From: Raillietiella orientalis
Lineage: Eukaryota
Reading direction: 5' to 3'
Assembly (NCBI GenBank): GCA_036172245.1
Contig: JAYWIR010000001.1
Coordinates: 4,402,001-4,466,000, forward strand
Length of the DNA: 64,000 bases
The position numbers and the translations under genes were made by a program. The notes under the pieces were generated by a model. The model saw only the letters and a list, made by a program, of their open reading frames with translations. It was not told the DNA's origin and made no database searches. Below, in pieces: positions 61,431-64,000 of this stretch. Each line of letters begins with the position of its first letter. The first letter of the stretch is position 1.

Positions 61431-62596
61431 CAGAAGGGTCGCTCGAGGATCGCATCTTCTCGCCCGTTGCCTAGAGAAGGATCGAGACTCAGTGCAGCCC
61501 CACTCAGGACACGGCCTTCCAATCACGTCAAAGTAGCACTCTCGCTCCTGTACGGTCCCTAGGGAGCGGATGACGGATGGTAGCTCTGGGTTTGCACGTC
61601 GCAATCAAAGGTCAGCTTTCCCTTCGGGGGCCATAGCATGCGGGCTTCAAAGACCCCTGGGTTTTTGAGGAAGGCGTTGCTTTCTGGTTCAGGGTCTGCC
61701 GAGGTTGCTGCCCCATGCGTAGGGTTCCACATCTGTGGACGACGCCAGCGTCCTTTCACGGGCCGCATCTCGAGGTGCCTTCCGAAAAAGTCTCGCGAGA
61801 GCATTACCGGGATAATTCAGGCAACTTCAAACATCCATCCACGTGGACGCTACAGGGAGAGTCCTCCAGAGAGAGGCATCCTTTGGAGATACCTCCGTGC
61901 AAGCACCAGTGAACAGCTCTCTTCGGAAGTTGGGAACATCGCTTCGCCCCACTTTATCGAAACGCAGGTCAGGAGTCCAGGAGGAGAGAGTACCCACTTG
62001 ATGGAACTCGACCAGATCAGGGAGGGAACGAGATCTCCAGGGCAACCCACGTTTCGACGCGCCCGAAGGACGGCTAACCTCGAGGACCTCCGATCGCCTG
62101 CCTTGTTGCCTCGGCCTGGATCCAGCCAGGTCCGAACCGCCCCTCCTCAAGTATCTCGCAAATGCTTTTGAGGGTTTCAGCGCAGACATCCATCGATCCA
62201 GAAAGCTGTTCTTCCTATTCCTTTTCCTCCCTGGATCCTTGAGGGTTCGGAAGAGCGGAGGGACGGAGGAGGAGGAGAATATGCGAGAACGAAAAATCTC
62301 AAGAGTTGCAAGAAGCCCCTCACGACGAGAGAGGACGGGATGGAGGAAGAATTGCATCCAGGGATCTTAATCTCCCGAGGAAATGGCACGCATCCGTGAC
62401 ACGGACTCCGGCTCACTGGAAAACTCTGCGGAACCAAATTTGAGACTCCGCTTCTCCCCAATCGCAACGTCTCAAATCCCCTGCACTCACAACTTCCCGA
62501 AAAGAGAAAGGGAAGAAAAGGTGGTTCCTACTGCTTACGCATCCTTTTCGGCGGCTGAGCCAACTCTCTCCTGCCATTTCGCACTGTGAATCTAAG

Positions 62597-62725
62597 CTTA
62601 CCCTCTTCCCTTTCTTCCCCTCCTCTTCCTCTTCCCTTGCTTTCCTCCTCTTTCTCTTTCCATCCTTTCCTCCATCTTTCCTTCCTTCCTCCTCCTCCTC
62701 CTTCTCTTCCTCCTTTCCCTTCCCA
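62597..62725 (+). repeat. Polypyrimidine tract
   Basis: About 130 nt of C/T ending in cccag. Confidence 0.9.
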
Positions 62726-64000
62726 GATACCGGGTCCTCCAAAGGGGTGCCACCTTCCCCGGAGCTCCCTCGGGGCCATAGTGATCTACAGGTTCCCGCG
62801 CGAAGAGACTGAGTCGGTCCGCCGGGAGCACGTCGTCCCTACAGGGATTGGGATCGTAGGTGGTTCCCCGCCTCTGTCTGATATCGGGAAAGAAACTCCG
62901 ACGGGAGGCAGGGAGAGCTGCTGCTGCTGCTGCGCGGCAGCGCAGCTTCCCATGAAAATCCCGGCTGCCCCTTGCTCTGTGGGTGGCGCCGCCCTGGTAA
63001 CCTGGGAACGCGGCCCCCTCGTCACCGTGCGACGCACCCCAATGTGGTCTGAGGCGATGACGCTCCCTGCCACGGAGTGCTCTGACCTGAATGCGGTGCT
63101 ACTGAGAGGTGGCACGCTTCATTGCGGCGCACCCTGGTGTGCACCCCGGACGCGGAGCACCTTGGAGGCGATTCCAGAGGCGCTCTGGCGTGGAGTGGAT
63201 GCACCGCATCGCCGGCTGACCTCAAAGCCTCGAGTACCCACACCCCACGCCTCACAAACACTTCTGCGGGCGTGGTGCCATCGGCAGCCGTCGCCGGCCG
63301 CACAGCTTCTGGCACCGGCTCCAGATATTCGTTCTCCTCCCCTCTCTGCCTTCCTGAGCGGGGAGGACGCCCTCCTTGGAAGACTCCTTGGAGGGCCTCT
63401 GGATGTTCCTGACGAAGACGACGGCTCGCGGTGGCACCCTGAGCCACTATCGGTGGAGGAGAGTGCAAATCGTCTATCCGCGAAGTGATGGCGCACCCTG
63501 CCGTTCCCGCGCCGGACATCCGAGAGCCAGAGGGGGGCGAGGATTCGACTTCTCGCCTCCGGGATAGGGAGGAGGGGCAGGTCGCGTGAGTTGCGGAGGC
63601 TTTCCAGCCCCTTCGCGGAGGCTGGACTGGAGTCGCCCTCAGGGGAGTCCTTTTGCTTCCGTCCCATCTGCAGCTTCCTCCTTTTCTCTGTGTCCCCATC
63701 GCCCCTGTGACGCAGCTCTCAGATGCTCTCTTCCGCGCCACCAGCCATCGTGAGGGGCCTGGTGTCCCTCCTGGACGGCAGGAGGAAGACTTCCGTCCCC
63801 CCCCCCCCCACACACACACGCAGACCGCTCCCCGGACGTCAGCGCGTTACGCAGCATCCTCTGCGTCCCACAGTCGGCCTGGACTTTTCCCGGTCGAGCC
63901 ACGTCCCAGGGCGGATCACGTACCCCGTCGCCCCGAGGCGAGGCCTGAACGGTTCCCCTTCACTCTCCCGCGAACGCATGGGAGCCCTCACGGTTCCACT

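Noticed and set aside
54400-64000. Long ORFs such as 59251-60282 and 62586-63488
   Set aside because: No recognisable domain; the donor at 62586 is phase-incompatible with the long frame; an orphan gene cannot be excluded but is unsupported
1-64000. CRISPR arrays, tRNA, rRNA, autonomous transposons
   Set aside because: No repeat-spacer array, cloverleaf, rRNA-length homology, or transposase/reverse-transcriptase motifs seen

Overview
Eukaryotic, animal genomic DNA (probably arthropod-like; no prokaryotic features or CRISPR). It is a kilobase-scale mosaic of AT-rich, CpG-depleted blocks and GC/CpG-rich blocks with long polypyrimidine tracts. I reconstructed nine spliced genes by hand with frame-consistent GT/GC-AG junctions: PHETA/sesquipedalian PH protein (-), a 61-aa three-exon membrane microprotein missed by the ORF track (+, possibly COX8-like), ATXN2, RAD51C and RAD9 (a tight same-strand trio), an orphan coiled-coil protein (-), cytochrome b561 (+), a sigma-class GST with an N-terminal transmembrane extension and degenerate G-site (+), and the ArfGAP GIT (+). 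31 of the 43 modelled introns are 41-58 nt (mode 43). The strongest leads are: the 1.7-kb GC-AG intron of RAD9, which holds tandem hairpin-Hbox-hairpin-ACA units and a miR-31-like hairpin; the membrane-anchored pseudo-GST; the microprotein; and the operon-like ATXN2-RAD51C-RAD9 packing. Most long ORFs in GC-rich blocks are probably compositional artefacts, though a few have exon-like signals. All calls come from reading and translating by eye; no searches or folding programs were run.
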